A program made the position numbers and the translations under genes. The notes beneath the pieces are model-generated. The model saw only the letters and a list, made by a program, of their open reading frames with translations. It was not told where the DNA came from and made no database searches. A stretch of DNA of 64,000 nt from Lysobacterales bacterium. GTDB lineage: Bacteria > Pseudomonadota > Gammaproteobacteria > Xanthomonadales > Rhodanobacteraceae. The DNA is taken from the NCBI GenBank assembly GCA_016707485.1, contig JADJHN010000003.1, positions 363,770-427,769 of the forward strand, read 5' to 3'. Positions within the stretch are counted from its first letter, which is position 1; every line of letters begins with the position of its first letter. Positions 61,966 through 64,000 of the stretch are shown here, piece by piece.

Positions 61966-64000
61966 ATGAAACGCGTGTACTTCAAGGGTGTAGCAGCCTT
62001 CATTTTTGCATTATATGTGCAGATCGCTCATGGGTTCGTTGACCCGCCGGTCATTTTGCCGGTTGATCCTGTCGCAGGGCAGGCGCTGTCTGTCAGTGTC
62101 CGATCGGGTATTTGCGACGGCTTCTTTTCGAACGAGCCAGCGCAGGTCATTCGCACGGGCAACTCGGTTCGTGTCGTGCTTGAAGGCGTCCACGAGGAAG
62201 ATCCGCTTCACTGCATCATGCCTGACTACACGAGCGTCTATCCGATCGGCTCTTTCGAGGCGGGCTCCTATACGTTCCAGATTGACAGGCACTATGTACC
62301 ATTTGGCGGGACCAGCACCACGGAGACGCTACGCACGCTACAGGTTGTCGTCGCTGGAACGCCGAATGTTCCCCTTCCAGCGATTGGCCCCATGGCGGCG
62401 CTTGCCGTTGTGCTCGCCTTGTTCTTTGCCGCCGCATTCCGACTGCGGCGGCACCATGTCTCCTTGATCGTGATGCCGTTTCTTGCGCTGCTGCCGTTGT
62501 TCAGTAATGCGCAGGAGCCGGACCGCTACATCAAGGTACTTGTGTCAATCGAGCCCGGCGCTCCGACCGCGTACGACCTGGTTCACTACCTTGACTTCTC
62601 GCCCCCAGCCGGGCCTCCACCCCTGGAGGCATTCAGCGCCATACCGCCGGCGGGAGTGAGCTACTTGCTGCCGTTGCGCGCGTCTGGCGATTTTCTGGCC
62701 TACCTGGAGGCCAATCCGGAATCCGTGCGCGCCCGTCTCGAGCGCTATGTGCTTGTCGCTTATACCGCCCAGACGGACTATGAAGCGGCCCTTCAGTCAC
62801 TTCGATCCGACCCGTACGTAATGGCGGCCTATCCGTCGTTGGAAGTTGAATTCTCGTCCGCGTCGCTTATCGATTTCGGGATTGAGGATCAAGCGCACCT
62901 GGGATCTGGTTTGCAGGGAATCCCGGCGCAGTACGGGTGGGATTCCCTCAACATCGGTGCAGCGTGGGAACTCGCTGGCGGCTACGCCATGATCGGAAGC
63001 GCCGACTCAGGCTTGGCCGTTGCGCATCCCGCACTGCGACAGTTCTCGGCGACAGGTCAGTACCTGGGAGGGAACTTCATTCCAGCGTCTTCGCTTGATC
63101 TTGGAGACGGACCGGGTTTCTACGACGCCGATGTTAACGAAGTGACGCCCATGCCGTTGCCTGTGAATTCTCCGTGCAATCCGAATGGCCTTCCTGCCGT
63201 TGAAACGTCAAGAGCCGGACACGGAAGCCATGTGGCCGGTTTACAGGCTGCAAATGGCGCGAGTGGGCTCGGTGTGAAGGGCACCTGCAAGCATTGCGGG
63301 ATAGCGATGTGGAAGATTGCCAGGAATCAATGCATTGGTGGGCTGGTTCTTCCTCGTGCAAATTCCGATGTGCTCGAACCAGCGCTCATTCACATGACGG
63401 ATACAGGTTCACAAGTTGTTAATCTCAGCCTTGGAGTTCAACGATCGCCGCAATCGCCGGAGACCGAATGGTGTCCAACGCATCTCAATGACCCATGGTG
63501 CCTGGGGTTGGCTCATGCGGAATTCCGAGGTGCGGTGATTGTCGCATCGTCGGGGAATCATCGTGATCGCTTGCAGTTTCCGGCAATGGAGTCGAGTGTG
63601 ATCGCGGCCGGAGGCTTCGATAGCAATCACGCATTGTGGGACGACTCGCCGGGCAGTACGACGTTTTGCCCGAACCCGCCGAGCAGCCTGGAGTGCGGTT
63701 CCAACTACACGAAGAACCTGGGTGAGGCGCGGCAGGAGTTGATGGCGTCGGCTAAATCCGCCTTTTCTACGGTGTATCCCGGTAAAGACTATTCAATAGT
63801 CTCTGAGTGCGGCGACTCGTTTGGCACTCCCATGAGCGACGGGTTGGGCCTATGCACGGGAACATCAATGTCAGCGCCACAGATAGCTGGTGTCGTTGGG
63901 ATCCTCCGCTCCATCAATCCTCTCGTGATTGCGGGCAAGCCGGTCCTGCAGTTCGGAGACGTGGTGGGCATTCGCACGGTTCTTGCGCAGACCACAGTGG
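61966..64000 (+). CDS. S8 subtilase with N-terminal Ig-like domain, internal CTERM-like anchor and second signal peptide; 3' end beyond the window (not in the ORF track)
   Basis: AAGGAG RBS; frame read by hand with no stop through 64000; triad ADSG (63001), GHGSHVAG (about 63220), GTSMSAP (about 63859); oxyanion SSGN. Confidence 0.9.
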   Translation, partial: MKRVYFKGVAAFIFALYVQIAHGFVDPPVILPVDPVAGQALSVSVRSGICDGFFSNEPAQVIRTGNSVRVVLEGVHEEDPLHCIMPDYTSVYPIGSFEAGSYTFQIDRHYVPFGGTSTTETLRTLQVVVAGTPNVPLPAIGPMAALAVVLALFFAAAFRLRRHHVSLIVMPFLALLPLFSNAQEPDRYIKVLVSIEPGAPTAYDLVHYLDFSPPAGPPPLEAFSAIPPAGVSYLLPLRASGDFLAYLEANPESVRARLERYVLVAYTAQTDYEAALQSLRSDPYVMAAYPSLEVEFSSASLIDFGIEDQAHLGSGLQGIPAQYGWDSLNIGAAWELAGGYAMIGSADSGLAVAHPALRQFSATGQYLGGNFIPASSLDLGDGPGFYDADVNEVTPMPLPVNSPCNPNGLPAVETSRAGHGSHVAGLQAANGASGLGVKGTCKHCGIAMWKIARNQCIGGLVLPRANSDVLEPALIHMTDTGSQVVNLSLGVQRSPQSPETEWCPTHLNDPWCLGLAHAEFRGAVIVASSGNHRDRLQFPAMESSVIAAGGFDSNHALWDDSPGSTTFCPNPPSSLECGSNYTKNLGEARQELMASAKSAFSTVYPGKDYSIVSECGDSFGTPMSDGLGLCTGTSMSAPQIAGVVGILRSINPLVIAGKPVLQFGDVVGIRTVLAQTTV

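Overview
High-GC gammaproteobacterial chromosome segment. Gene content and order point to Xanthomonadales/Rhodanobacteraceae (Dokdonella-like); this is an inference. Most of it is housekeeping: PhoH, thiD, NAD-type isocitrate dehydrogenase, grxC, bepA, phoBR-ppk1-ppx, cyclophilin, lpxH, folC-dedD-cvpA-purF, DUF47-PiT, trmJ, suhB, OmpA, prpB/C/D, fadH, gst, nhaA, mdh, an aminotransferase, pbpC and yajQ. The most unusual part is an AT-richer three-gene operon at 14700-17494 (minus strand). It appears to encode two secreted beta-sandwich 'acceptor' domains, each lacking its first strand. The matching strands occur as extreme C-terminal tails of other secreted proteins in this window: LPVALQNFSVE* at 16166 and DSIFDHGFE* at 41545. 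I propose this is a donor-strand docking/surface-display system, sitting beside a glycosylation cluster; this is a hypothesis based on recalled family consensus, not on a database search. Other highlights: an S8 protease ORF (61966 to window end, absent from the ORF track) with an internal CTERM-like anchor followed by a second signal peptide; an intergenic array of canonical CsrA/RsmA hexaloop sites (about 60560-60730); and a PHB-depolymerase/TonB receptor/permease/SLC5-kinase locus. Poly-G tracts, a bepA frameshift and an N-terminally truncated phoR suggest some assembly error. No tRNA, rRNA or CRISPR array was seen.
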